A stretch of 64,000 nt of DNA from Octopus sinensis. Its lineage: Eukaryota. The stretch covers positions 5,828,001 to 5,892,000 of the forward strand of contig NC_042999.1 in assembly GCF_006345805.1 (NCBI RefSeq), read 5' to 3'. Shown here one piece after another: positions 47,975-60,136 of this stretch (its first letter is position 1; each line of letters starts with the position of its first letter). Position numbers and translations under genes: made by a program. Below the pieces are notes generated by a model, which saw only the letters and a program-made list of their open reading frames with translations, had not been told where the DNA came from and ran no database searches.

Positions 47975-48160
47975 AAGAGAGAGAGAGAAAGAAAGAAAGA
48001 AGAGAGAGAGAGAGAGAGAGAAAGAAAGAAAGAAGAGAGAGAGAGAGAGAAAGAAAGAAAGAGAGAGAGAGAAAGAAAGAGAGAAAGAAAGAAAGAGAGA
48101 AAGAAAGAAAGAGAGAAAGAAAGAAAGAGAGGGAAAGAAAGAGAGAGAGAGAGAGAGAGC
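47725..48160. repeat. About 430-bp polypurine (GA/GAAA) tract
   Basis: Almost purely A/G on the plus strand, with recurring GGAAATAGACAGAGAG and (GAAA)n. Confidence 0.95.
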
Positions 48161-48164
48161 TAAT

Positions 48165-48329
48165 AAGTAGCCTGCTCGGTTCGACATCCTTAACCCCCCT
48201 CCACGCACAACTGACAATAGTCTCGTCCCAGTTTTCATTGATAAACCTGTTGTTGTCACTTTCAGCCACTTCTGATTCTTTCGCTTGTTGTTGAAATACT
48301 TTTTCACGGAGATTTTTTTAAGCCAACAG
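48165..48329 (+). other. Candidate non-coding first exon of a divergent plus-strand transcript
   Basis: Unique CpG-rich sequence ending in the perfect donor CAACAG|GTAAGT at 48329/48330. Confidence 0.4.
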
Positions 48330-49054
48330 GTAAGTTAATTAAAACAGGCATACTACTATAATTATTTCGATTTTTCCTTCCTTTTTTTTTTAATTTGTTA
48401 GTTAGTGAAGATATTTTTTGCGAACTTTTTAGCTTTTCTTTAACACAGTTTTTAAGATCCTTCATAGAACTGGTCTTTTCTCTTGTTACTATCGCTTTGT
48501 TTGAGGTGACCAAGGCTCTCGACGGATTACTTTAACCTACTTTTTGATAACTTTTATCAAAATGAAGACTTATTATCTTATTTCTAACTTTAAGATATTT
48601 CGTTTAATTCCTATTTTCACCTGAAATACGATGTCTTCACAAACTTGCTGCCACTTTCAATCCAAAATGGTCAAACATTGATACTCAAATCGTGTCGTTC
48701 GTTCTTTTCAAGTTCTGCTCCGTTTGAGAGAAAAAAAACCTGGTCTTTCTTCGTTCCTAATCTTTTTTTCACCTGAAATAAACACTTCTTATTACATTAT
48801 ACTTTTAGCAAATTTGAAAATAAACAGGTTTTTACGATTTAAAATTGTAACCACGTTCACATTAAACGTTTGAAAATGTTTTAAACAACATTTTACGTTT
48901 AAATGAGCGAAATACGTTATTGTCAAAGGTTTATTTGCGCTTCCCCCCTCACTCAACAAGTGGCGGCAAAACCCCTTAGGAGCTTTTTCCTTTTAACAAT
49001 ATCAACGGAATTAGATTTTCTTCTGTATTTCATTCTTCAGTACTTCTAGAATTA

Positions 49055-49245
49055 ATACATACGCACAAACACACACACACACACACATATCTTTGTGTAT
49101 AGACACACACACATACACATCTTTATGTATAGACACACACACACATCTTTATGTATAGACACACACACATCTTTATGTATAGACACACACACACACATAT
49201 CTTTATGTATAGACACACACACATCTTTATGTATAAACACACGCA
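49055..49245. repeat. Minisatellite (AC)n-ATCTTTATGTATAG, about six units
   Basis: Direct inspection. Confidence 0.9.
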
Positions 49246-50329
49246 CACTTTTAGTCTTTGAAGAAAGTTTTTAAAAATAATTTCTGAAGTAAAAAAGAAA
49301 ATCTAAGCCAAATATCGATGCGAGTAGAAAGTTTGGAAAGAAAAATAAATAAAAACAGATGTTGATACCATACAGCAAGGGAACTATCTGGCCCCTTTTA
49401 AATACTAGGGACTACCTAACCCCTTACCCCTTTTATCTTTTTATTAGGAAAGTAATTGCCTTTGAATTAAGTTTAAAACTTTGTAAAAATTTGTTTTCGA
49501 GATGTGTAAAATTGAACAGCTATCGATCGTAGGAGCTGATCTACTGGATCCATATAAAGTGTTCAAACTTTATTGAATGTTTGAAAACGATCCTAATTAA
49601 AAATTAATATCTTTGCTTTGAAAGGAAACTCACTTCTATGAATTAGTGGGGTTTAACAGGGCTGTAACAGGCACTTAAATGGGTTTTTCTTCAAGATTTT
49701 ATTGTTCAAAATTAATTCTAGGATTTATAACAGAAACCCCTCTCTCTCTGGGCAGTATTTCTCCCAACATGTAATATTTTGTATATATCAGACTACATGA
49801 CCCAAAAGACCCTTCATTTACGACAGTGGGATCAGATTTTGGGGGAAAATTAGGCTGTTATTTCTAGCAGCGAATCGTCTCACTACACGGGCACCTTTCA
49901 TAACATTGAAGTAAACATCACTATTATTTTGTAGTATATCAGTTCTGGTCAAGACACTCTAATCATAATCGGGATTTTAATCCTCGAATATGTCTATTAA
50001 AACAAGGATGATATGAATTTGAGAAAGATTTAACTGCAGGTCAAGGGTCCTTTTGAATTTTTTTTTTTTTGTGATACCAAGACAGTTGTCCTACATTGAC
50101 GTCTCTTTGTAAGACCAGTAAACCCACCAGAAAAAAATAACCAACTCCCTCTCTCGTTCTCGAGAGTTCGTGCGGGAGTGTTTTAACTTTAAAGTTCCCA
50201 AACTTTTTCAGGCTGCCGCCCAGTTGACCCCAGGTCTCATTTCTAGCGCCTCCCATCTATCCCCCCCCCTTTGACCACCCTATTATCGTCCCCTGGATCT
50301 TTCCACTGCCCACTCTGGGAACCACTGTT

Positions 50330-50568
50330 GGTACTACTTAAGAAGAGTGGTCCCGGTGCGCGCACTCGCGTAAGCTAGTCGTGACTAGTCGATCCTTACT
50401 TAGTATTTTTGTGTTTTATTTACTTTGTTTAAAAAAATTATTTTGTGTTAAAAAAAATTATTTATTTTGTGTTTTATTTACTTTGCTAGGAGAGTCGTTG
50501 TAGGATCGACTAGTCACGACTAGCTAGCGCGAGTGCGCGCACCGGGACCACTCTTCTTAAGTAGTACC
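50330..50568. mobile_element. Merlin-like MITE (GG..CC termini, 8-bp TSD)
   Basis: Near-perfect about 66-bp TIRs GGTACTACTTAAGAAGAGTGGTCCCGGTGCGCGCACTCGCG..; TSD CCACTGTT at 50322-50329 and 50569-50576. Confidence 0.9.
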
Positions 50569-51401
50569 CCACTGTTTTAAAGCAAAATGGTTTTTGCTTG
50601 GTTTTCATAAGGCCTCTCATTAATCGATCACTCGTACAATCTACTCATTGTAATCTCTCTTCTCTTCAATCAATTAGCCTCTAATCAAATTGCTGAATTG
50701 ACGGAACTCTTCTGCCGATCCCTGTATATTCCAAAGCTTAATTATGTCACCGTTCCCCCCCCCCATACGCAAAAACATTACTCTTTCACACCCACCCTAT
50801 AAGATTCCCATATTCAGTCTAAATGCCACACCTCAAACATTGCTTTTTTAACAGCAACAAAACCACTGTTACTCCTGTCAAGAAAATATCATTGCACCAC
50901 ACCCTTTTAATCATGAGAAGCACTCGGCCAGAGCCATCAAAATTCCTCCAAATGTTGGGCCACAAGGAATCACCGGGGACCACATCCTGGTCCTTCTCTT
51001 CAGGAGCAGGAGACTTTTGGCCCTCTATAAAAGCTTAAGTGAGGCTCACAATTGATTATTGTTCTCACACCTGGACCAGTCCTGCTGCTCTGCACACACA
51101 CATCCTAGACTGCAAATAGAAAACGGTCACCTGACTGATTAGCATAAAGTCACTCACGGACTTGTTCCAGCTTTGGATCCACATCTTACTGACTCTTCTC
51201 TCTCTCTTTCTTTTCTACCACGGCTCTGATGGCCTTTGCTCTTCAGAGCTGGCTGGATTCATACTACCTTCATCCAGGCACTCCTCCCCTCGTATTATCC
51301 TTGTTATGCCTTACTTTTTACTAATCACCCCATGCAATCCTTCTTTGACCACCCAGAATTCCTTCTCTCACTGTTGACCGACAAAGAGGTTTATTTATTA
51401 A

Positions 51402-51623
51402 CCCTTTCATTACCAACCTGGCTGAAACTGGCTCTGGCTCTGTAGTACAAATGTTTTGTTTTCATAAGTTCTGAATTAAAATCTTCCACCAAACCTTAGT
51501 CACAATTTTTGTTCCTAACACTAGCTTAATGATAACGAAGTAATTTTACTAAATTCTTTGTTATATTTAAAATGAATTGTAAGAAACACAGAGCATCTCA
51601 ATAGAAATACAGTAGCGAAAGGG
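51402..51623. mobile_element. piggyBac-type MITE
   Basis: TTAA|CCCTTT..AAAGGG|TTAA; second copy at 59915-60136. Confidence 0.85.
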
Positions 51624-51929
51624 TTAATGGTGTCAATTTTGCTTGTCTGGAAAGGCCTGCAAAGAAGGTTATGAAGCTGGTCCTTTCTCCCAGACCCAGT
51701 GAATAAAAACCTCAAATTACTGGCAGAATCCGTATAATAAGGTTGGACCGAAGGAGCATGGCTTAGTGGTTCGGGTATTCAGCTCTCGATTATAAAGTTG
51801 TGAGTTCAATTCCTGGCAGCGTATCGTGTCCTTCAGCATGACAACTGGCTCGGGAATGAAATTTGCTTGGGGGTGGGGAATCCAGGTTCAAACACCTTTA
51901 CAAATAAGGTCCTTTTTTTTTCTAATTTT

Positions 51930-52255
51930 TTAAATTCTTGTTTCAGTCATTTGACTGCGGCCATGCTGGAGCACTGCCTTTTAGTCAAACCCCAGGACTT
52001 ATTCTTTGTAAGCGTAGTACTTGTTCTATCGCTCTCTTTTGCTGAACTGCTAAGTTACGGGGATGTAAACACACCAACATCGGTTGTCAAGCGATGGTGG
52101 AGGTGACAAACACACATATATATATATATATGGCAGGCTTTGGTCGGCCCAAGGTTTTAGTACAAGACACTTGTCCAAGGTGCCATGCAGTGGGACTGAA
52201 CCTGCAACCATGTGGTTAGGAAGCAAGCTTCTTACCACACGGCCACTCCTGTGCC
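51930..52255 (-). mobile_element. Family A SINE
   Basis: Reverse complement of the consensus. Confidence 0.8.
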
Positions 52256-52778
52256 TATATGTTATTTTTGTTCTTTGAGGAGAAACCTAATTCAAGGTCC
52301 TTTTTACAGATCCCTTTTCATTCACTGTTTCTAAACCTGAGAAAAGCAAGTAGTGGGTGCAAATTTTGATTTTGCACTTCACAGAAAGACATTCTTTCAA
52401 TACGAAATTTTAGGGGTCACATGCCCTCTCCCTGCACACCCTGTTCCTGGGCCCGTGAGCAAGACACGTTGTGTTGTGCCAATCCACCCCAGCTGGCAAA
52501 AATGAGTAGTATCTGTATTTCAAAGGGCCAGCCTTGTCACATTCTGTGACGCGCTGAGTCTTCCTGAGAACTGTGTTAAGGGTACAACGTGTCTGTGGAG
52601 TACTCAGCCACTTGCACATTAGTTTCACAAGCAGGCTGTTCTGTTGATCAACTGGAATCTTTGTCATTGTAACCAACGGGGGGTGCCAGTTAACAAGACA
52701 TCTAACTATCTCCCCCAAAGACATTTCTCATTTCTCCTCTCTTATCTCTGGCCCTCGATTGATCTGAACCTATGGAAA

Positions 52779-53590
52779 ACAGCACTATGACCCTGCGACG
52801 CCGGGTCATAGTGCTAGTGCATGCATATACAGCTGCGTGCGTGCATGCGCACATACACGCGAGTTCTGTCCAAATCTCCGACCAATCACATACAGCTAGC
52901 TGGCATTCAATTGGCTGTTCAAGTTTCGGGCATTTTGATTGGGTTTTGGATAGAAAATTCACAAAAAAGTCACTTCTATTGATTTTTTTAATGGCTTTGC
53001 AGGGTGACTGGGGAAATGTAAAGATGTGCACGACCACCCTTGGACGGTTTTGAATGACTTGCCAGATTTGACTGGGCCTGATGAAGCCTTCTGGCTTCAC
53101 AGACCCCAGTAGAACCGTCCAACCCATGCTAGCATGGAAAACGGACGCTAAATGATGATGATGATGATAGAAAGTGCGTGCCCTCTAACTGAAAAATTGT
53201 GGATTTGTATAAAGGACACACACACACACACATTTTGCCATTTATATATAGTGAGATGAGATTTGCAGGGTGACTGGGGAAATGTAAAGATGTGCACGAC
53301 CACCCTTGGACGGTTTTGAATGACCATAGAAAGTGCGATCCCTCTAACTGAAAAATTGTGGATTTGTATAAAGGACACACGCACACACAGACAGACATTT
53401 TGCCATTTATATATAGTGAGATGAGATTTGCAGGGTGACTGGGGAAATGTAAAGATGTGCATGACCACCCTTGGACGGTTTTGAATGACCATAGAAACTG
53501 CGAGCCCTCTAACTGAAAAATTGTGGATTTGTATAAAGGACACACACACAGACAAACAGACATTTTGCTGTTTACATATATATATAGAGA
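52779..53590 (-). mobile_element. Non-autonomous Helitron family F with tandem 5' modules and a family E fragment inside (53060-53165)
   Basis: Terminal palindrome at about 52780-52818; three about 125-bp repeats at 53166-53590. Confidence 0.8.
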
Positions 53591-53996
53591 TGAGATTATT
53601 AAAAAAAAAATCTTGAGTTACTGTGAAATCTGGGAAAGGTTAAATATCAGCAAATACATGAGGAGCGATAACTAAAGTTATTATTTTTAACATTTCTCAC
53701 TCGTCTCCTTCTCGAATGTCTTTTTTTTATTTTTTTTATTTTTAAATTGTTTTAAATGTGAGGCCTTTTAGTAAAAAGTCTGATCTGGAGATTTCTACGA
53801 AAAGCCAATCCTATTCACACAAACACGTTTTTGTTTTTGAGGTAATTTTCTGTATAAACAATGTTGTAAATCTTGGTGAAGTCAACTTCCACTTAAACAG
53901 GCGCATTCTAATCTGTGAACTCGAGTCGTCAGTTTTTAAACACCATGCCGCTTTTGTAATCATATTTCTGTTGAATTATACAGCCTTTGTTTTAAT

Positions 53997-54276
53997 TCAT
54001 CATCATCATCATCAACGTCTGCTGTCCGTGCTGGCATGCTAGAAGGCTGCGCCAGACTCCTGTCTGATTCAGCATGGCTGGATGCCCTTCCTAATGCCAA
54101 CCACTGTAATGGGTGCTTTTACATGCCTTTGGCATGGATGCTATTTAAGCGACACTGGGGTGCATTTGTGTGACCCCAGTATCTGTCATGACTGAGATTT
54201 TGCTCAGCTTGATGGGTCATCTCATGCATGACATAATGCCAAGTCTTGGTCATTGCTTCCGTTAGACCTAACACTC
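53997..54276 (-). mobile_element. RTE ORF-end and family E 3' region
   Basis: Minus strand TTCGAGTGTTAGGTCTAACGGAAGCAATGACCAAGACTTGGCATTATGTCATG.. leads into the E core and tail. Confidence 0.75.
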
Positions 54277-54730
54277 GAAAGGAGCTCAGTCACTTTCCCT
54301 CAGTGAGGCCCAGTGCTCAAAAGGAGCTCAGTCACTTTCCCTCAGTGAGGCCCAACACTCAAAAGGAACTTAGTCACTTTCCCTCAGTGAGGCTCAGTGC
54401 TCAAAAGGAGCTCAACCACTTTGCCTCAGTGAGGCCCAGTGCTCAAAAGGAACTTAGCCACTTTGCCTCAGTGAGGCCCAGTGCTCAAAAGGAGCTCAAC
54501 CACTTTGCCTCAGTGAGGTCCAGTGCTCAAAAGGAACTTAGCCAGTTTGCCTCAGTGAGGCCCAGTGCTCAAAAGGAGCTCAGTCACTTTCCCTCAGTGA
54601 GGCTCAGTGCTCAAAAGGAGCTCAACCACTTTGCCTTAGTGAGGCCTAGTGCTCAAAGGGAACTCAGCCACTTTCCCTCAGTGAGGCCCAGTACTCAAAG
54701 GAACTTGGCCACCTTTCCTCCGTGAGGCTC
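54277..54730. repeat. 42-bp minisatellite (about 10.8 copies) derived from the RTE ORF end
   Basis: Unit AAAAGGAGCTCAGTCACTTTCCCTCAGTGAGGCCCAGTGCTC; its reverse complement aligns with RTE 27711-27755; it produces the 14-aa-repeat ORF at 54246-54725. Confidence 0.9.
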
Positions 54731-55164
54731 AATACCCTGGGGAAAAAAATTACAAAATGAAGAATTCTGTGAAATAATTGGCGTTTGGAACATTAATCAA
54801 CATGAAATTCAAATGGAGGGTTTTCGTTTAAATCCCTTTCAAAATAGGGAGTTTGTATTCTACAGTTGAGTAATTTCAGGCAGATTGGTATCGAAAGGGT
54901 TAGACTAAAAAGGAACGTTTTTTTGATGGTTGTAATAGAAACTAGAACAATACAAAGACCATGGAATTTTTCTAAGCGCCATTAACAATAATGTTTTCAG
55001 CAAATATAATTTAATGTCAGAAGTTTTGTATATAAATGCATTTAACATGGATAGTATTGTTTGATACAATATAGTCACTCCACCAGATTGCTGTATAGGC
55101 AGCGAAATATATTTTGTATAGAACTCTTGATAAAAGAATCTGAGGGTGAGCTGTTGCGCTTTGT

Positions 55165-55612
55165 GTTACATAAAAGGCACCATTCGAGTGTGATCGTTAC
55201 CAGCGTCGCCTTGCTGGCACTTGTGCCCGTGCTAGGAGGGTGCCAAGTGCACCATCTGAGCGTGATTGTTGCCAGCGCAGCTAACTGGCCTCTGTGCTGT
55301 GGCATGTAAAAGGGCACCATTCAAGCGTGATCGTTAGCAACGTCGCCTTACTGGCGCCTGTGCTGGTGGCATGTGTAAAAAGATTCGAGCGAGGTTGTTG
55401 CCAGTACCGCCTGACTGGCCCCTGTGCCGGTGGCACGTAAAAAGGCACCCACTACACTCTTGGAGTGGTTGGCGTTAGGAAGGGCATCCAGCTGTAGAAA
55501 CTCTGCCAGATCAAGATTGGAGCCTGGTGCAGCCATCTGGTTCGCCAGCCCTCAGTCAAAATCGTCCAACCCATGCTAGCATGGAAAGCGGACGTTAAAC
55601 AATGATGATGAC
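55165..55612 (+). mobile_element. Family E repeat (long VNTR form)
   Basis: Units, core and tail. Confidence 0.85.
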
Positions 55613-55854
55613 GAAGATGTAGTTCTCCAGGAGATTCACCATGACACAGAATGCGAAATGGCTGGTTCTTTGAAGAAGAAATGTTACTAATTTTGCCAGC
55701 TGAGTTGACTGGGGCAACACGAAATAAAGTGTCTTGCTCAAGGGCGCAAGATGCTGCTGGGAATTGAACTCCCAACCTTACAACTGTAAACCGAAAGCCT
55801 TAACCATTAAGCTACACACCTTTATACTCTAGAGTAATATAGATCAAATGAAAG

Positions 55855-56200
55855 GACGTGAGCTGGCAGAAACGTTAGCACGCCGGGCGAAATGCTTAGT
55901 GGTATTTCATCTGCCACTACGTTCTGAGTTCAAATTCCGCCGAGGTCGATATAATCACCATAATCCGTCTGTCTGTCCTTGTTTGTCCCCCCTGTGTTTA
56001 GGCCCTTGAGGGTAGTAAAGAAATAGGTATTTCGTCTGCCGTTACGTTTTGAGTTTAAATTCTGCCAAGGTCGACTTTGCCTTTCATCCTTTCGGAGTCG
56101 ATTAGATAAGTACCAGTTATGCACTGGGGTCAATGTAATCAACTTACTCCCTTTATCAGTCCCCTCTATGTTTAGCCCCCTGTGGGCAATAAAGAAATAA
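55855..56200 (+). mobile_element. Family D SINE with internal tandem duplication
   Basis: Head GAGCTGGCAGAAACGTTAGC..GAGTTCAAATTCC; the body is repeated. Confidence 0.8.
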
Positions 56201-56441
56201 ATATAGATCAAATGAAATATATATGAATGTCCCAATGAATTTTTTTCTTGTTTCATTCATTTGACTGTGGCCATGCTGGAGCACCACCTTTAGTCAAACA
56301 AATCAACACTGGGACATCAACATCGTGTGTGTGTGTATATATATATATATATAAAATTAAATAAGGGTAGAAATTGATATTAATCAATTAAAACCAGTAG
56401 CCTACCATATTTAAAAACATCCGAAGATTAAAAGATTTTTT

Positions 56442-56536
56442 ACATACAAAATTTAGAGGATTGACCACTAAAAGTGGTCTATATTTAGCATACAGGCTGT
56501 CCACTTTTAGTGGTCAATCCTCTAAATTTTGTATGT
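56442..56536. repeat. Perfect 36-bp inverted repeat with a 23-nt loop
   Basis: ACATACAAAATTTAGAGGATTGACCACTAAAAGTGG / CCACTTTTAGTGGTCAATCCTCTAAATTTTGTATGT. Confidence 0.95.
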
Positions 56537-56615
56537 GTGTGTATATATATACACACACACACACACATGATTAGCTTCTTTCTGTTTCCGTCTACCAAAT
56601 CCATTCACAAGGTTT

Positions 56616-56990
56616 TAGTTAGTTAGTTCATTTTTTGGCTCAAAAAGCAAAAAGCAAGGCCACGTAAGGGGACATGGAGTTATGTACAGGGTGGTGTTCA
56701 TGTAAAGAGTTCAGGCCGCTTGAGGTCAAGGGAGACTTTGAACCGAGCGGTCGTCGGCAGCTTATTCCACAGATCCGCAACCCGGACGGAGAAAGCCCCC
56801 TCTCCTTCGATTGAGATGAAATCGTCGCATATAGAGCTTTTCGGAATGACCCCGCAGCCGACGCTCTGGAGCAGGAGTGAAGAACAGCTCTTTCGAGAGG
56901 TTACACTTTCCACTTATGATGTTGTGAGCCAGAATGAGATCACCACGGCGGCGGTAGAGAATAAAGGTCGAGCGTCCTCAGCCTTTCTTC
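56616..56990 (-). mobile_element. Family J CR1 3' end inserted into a family A SINE
   Basis: A-family sequence is collinear on both sides (..CATTCACAAGGTTT | GGTCAGCCTGAGGC..). Confidence 0.85.
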
Positions 56991-57104
56991 ATGGTCAGCC
57001 TGAGGCTATAGAAGATACTTGCCCAAGGTGCCATGCAGTGGGACTGAACCTAGAACCTTGTGACTGGGAAGCACACTTTTTAACCGCACAGCCACTCCTG
57101 TGAC

Positions 57105-57500
57105 TATACTCTTTTACTTGTTTCAGACATTTGACTGTGGCCATGCTGGAGCACCACCTTTAGTCGAGCAAATCGACCGCGGGACTTATTCTTTGTAAGC
57201 CCAGTACTTATTCTATCGGTCTCTTTTTTTTTTGCTGAACCGCTAAGTGACGGGGACGTAAACACACCAGCTTCGGTTGTCAAGCAATGCTAGGGGGACA
57301 AACATAGACACACATATACATATATATACATATATACGACAGGCTTCTTTCAGTTTCCGTCTACCAAATCCACTCACAAGGCATTGGTCGGCCCGGGGCT
57401 ATAGCAGAAGACACTTGCCCAAGATGCCACGCAGTGGGACTGAACCCGGAACCATGTGGTTGGTTAGCAAGCTACTTACCACACAGCCACTCCTGTGCCT
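57105..57500 (-). mobile_element. Family A SINE (full length)
   Basis: Reverse complement of the consensus. Confidence 0.9.
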
Positions 57501-57609
57501 ATATATATATATATTTGTGAAATGATGATATGAAAAAGTATTTAAGTTGTTGGCTACTAGAGTGCATGCAGGAGTAGCTGTGTGGTAAGAAGCTTGCTTC
57601 CCAACCACA

Positions 57610-57890
57610 TGGTGCTTTTTACGTGCCACCTGCACAGGAACCACTCCAGCGGCACTGACGACAACCTCGCTTGAATGTTTCACATGCCACCAGCACAAGT
57701 GCTAGTAAGGCGACGCGGTGACGATCACGCTCGAATGGTGTGCTTAACGTGCCATCAGCATGAAGGCCAGCTTGTTGCTCTGGCAACAATCTCACTCGTA
57801 TGGTTCTCTTAATGCTCCACTAGCAACGGATGCCAGTCACCGAGTTTGATTTTGACTTTGACTTCACTTGCCTCAACTGGTCTTCTTTTT
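57610..57890 (-). mobile_element. Family E VNTR part with the RTE ORF-end junction
   Basis: Minus strand AGAAGACCAGTTGAGGCAAGTGAAG.. then E units. Confidence 0.75.
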
Positions 57891-57943
57891 TAAGGAGCAA
57901 ATGCAAGAACACATTTAAGAATCTTCCACTCTACCATTTTTAG

Positions 57944-58048
57944 GGATGGTGGAATCCACCCAGTGGCCCTCTTGTAACTGATGATGGTGATACTTGTGGT
58001 GCATCAGCTAGGGTTTCTCGTCCCCAATCTACGCAAGATACACCATGA
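57944..58048 (+). other. Candidate coding exon (possibly terminal)
   Basis: Acceptor tcttccactctaccattttTAG; frame GWWNPPSGPLVTDDGDTCGASARVSRPQSTQDTP*; unique sequence; no homolog recognised. Confidence 0.25.
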
Positions 58049-58399
58049 CACGGTCAAGATATCACTGAAATATTTCTGTCAGTTGACAGAGTCCAGATGT
58101 ATCTGAAATAATTACAAGGTACATTCCAGTTATTTCCAGACTTTTTCAGGAGAAACTCTTACTCTTTACTCTTTTACTTGTTTCAGTCATTTGACTGTGG
58201 CCATGCTGGAGCACTGCCTTTAGTTGAGCAAATCAACCCCAGGACTTATTATTTGTAGGCCTCGTACTTATTCTATCAGTCTCTTTTGCCGAACTGATAA
58301 GTTACAGGGACGTAAACACACCAGCATCGGTTGTCAAGCGATGTGGGTGGGTAGGTAGGGGGACAAACACAGACACACAGACATCTATTAATTTCAGAG

Positions 58400-58640
58400 A
58401 AGTTCAAAACTGTTCTCCTTCAAAGTAGAATCGTCTGACTTCAGTGCCTTTGTTGTTGCTCTCCAACCACTTAATAAATTCCACTGTGGAGGTCCCCCAA
58501 AATGGAGAGGTGTCTAGGACCCTTGTCATAGCCGCCTTCATCTTCAAAGCAATTGTCTCAGAAGTTCTCTTTGGGGAACAACTAAAAGTTAGAGAGAGCA
58601 AGGTTGGGACTGTAGGGAGAGTGAGGGGTAGTTTTGAAGC
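58400..58640 (-). pseudogene. Mariner transposase C-terminal fragment
   Basis: PHSPYSPNLALS (YSPDLAP) and MKAAMTRVLDT..KWLESNNKGTEVRRFYFEG. Confidence 0.75.
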
Positions 58641-59914
58641 CCATCTCTATCCAGTAGTTGCTTACCAGGGTACTCATCACTGAGCACTCTGGGGACAAAA
58701 TAAAAAAATAAATGCGCCCTTTTAAAGCCTAGCCAGGCTCATGGGCCCAGTTTCAATGACATATGTGTTCCCCAGCTGGATGGAACGCCAGTCCATTGCA
58801 GCATTACTCAATTTTGCCAGCTGAGTGGACTGGAGCAATGTGAAATGGAGTGTTTTGCTCAAGAACACAACGTGTCGCCTGACGGACGTTAAATGATGAT
58901 GATGATGATGATGATAAAATTAATTTTAAATGTAAGGAAGAATTTCATAATATAATTTTGTCCTAATTAAGTTGGTGTTTGAAACCTAAATTAGCACGAG
59001 ATTCTGATGGGAAGTTTTAATTTAACAATTAGTTTCTAGTAACGCTGCCGTAATCTCTTTTAGAGAGACTTAGTAATTTTAATATTTCTATTATAGTTTT
59101 AATTTAGTTCAGTTTAAAACCTGAAGTTTGCGTTGTCATAGAAACAGGGATGGTTTCAGGTGGGTTGTGATTACCGTATGAATAGCACAGGTGTGGTTAT
59201 GTGATAAGAAGTATGCTTCTCAAACACATGGTTCCGGGCTGTCATAGAAGTGGGGATGGTTTCAGGTGGATTGGGATTGAAGTATGAACAAATAGCACAG
59301 GTGTGGCTGTGTGGTAAGAAGTATGTTTCCCAACCACATGGTTCTGGGTTCAGTCCCACTGTGTGGCACCTTGGCCAAGTTTCTTTTACCATAGCCTCAA
59401 GCCAACCAAAGCCTTGTGATAGGATTTGGTAGATGGAGGCTAAAAAAAGCCTGTTGTATGTATGTGTGTGTGTGTGTGTGTGTCAACGTCCTTGTAACTT
59501 GGTGGTTCAGCAAAAGAGACTGATAGAATAAGTACCAAGCTTTTCAAAAAAGAAAGTACTGGGGTTAATTTATTCAACTAAAAATTCTTCAAGGTGGTGC
59601 CCCAGCATGGCCACAGTCAAATGACTGAAACAAGTGAAATATAAAAGATTGAAGTATAATTAGAGAGGCAGACTTTCCAAATGTTGAAAATGCTTTAGAT
59701 AAATCCTAAGAAAGCCTCAAAAAGCCGAAACAAAATACAGTAACCCCTTGGCTATTACAGGGGTTATGGTCCAAAACTCCCTACAATAGATGAAAATCCG
59801 TGAAGTAGAAACAGTACTGTACTGTATATTTTTTTTTATTATTTTTATAATTTGCATGTATTTATTTTATTATAAATGCAAAACAATACTATGGAGGAAT
59901 TGACGTAAGATTAA

Positions 59915-60136
59915 CCCTTTAGTTACCACCTCGGCTGAAACCACCTCTGGCTCTGTAGTACAAATGTCTTGTTTTCATAAGTTCTGAATTAAAATCTTCC
60001 ACCAAACCTTAGTCACAATTTATGTTCCTAACACTAACTTAATGGTAACTGAGTTATCTTACTAAATTCTTTGTTATATTTCAAATTAATTGAAAGAAAC
60101 ACAGAGCATCTCAGAATAAATACAGTAACGAAAGGG
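59915..60136. mobile_element. piggyBac-type MITE (second copy)
   Basis: TTAA|CCCTTT..AAAGGG|TTAA. Confidence 0.85.

Noticed and set aside
47717-48307. 196-aa and 182-aa Leu/Ser/Phe-rich ORFs
   Set aside because: Mostly translation of the CT/GA tract; starts are non-ATG.
53075-53100. CTGATGA followed by a hairpin
   Set aside because: A chance variant of the family E core, with no GAAA after the stem.
54246-54725. 159-aa ORF with 14-aa repeats; the array could also be mistaken for CRISPR
   Set aside because: Contiguous 42-bp tandem units with no unique spacers and no cas genes, in eukaryotic DNA; derived from RTE sequence and read antisense.
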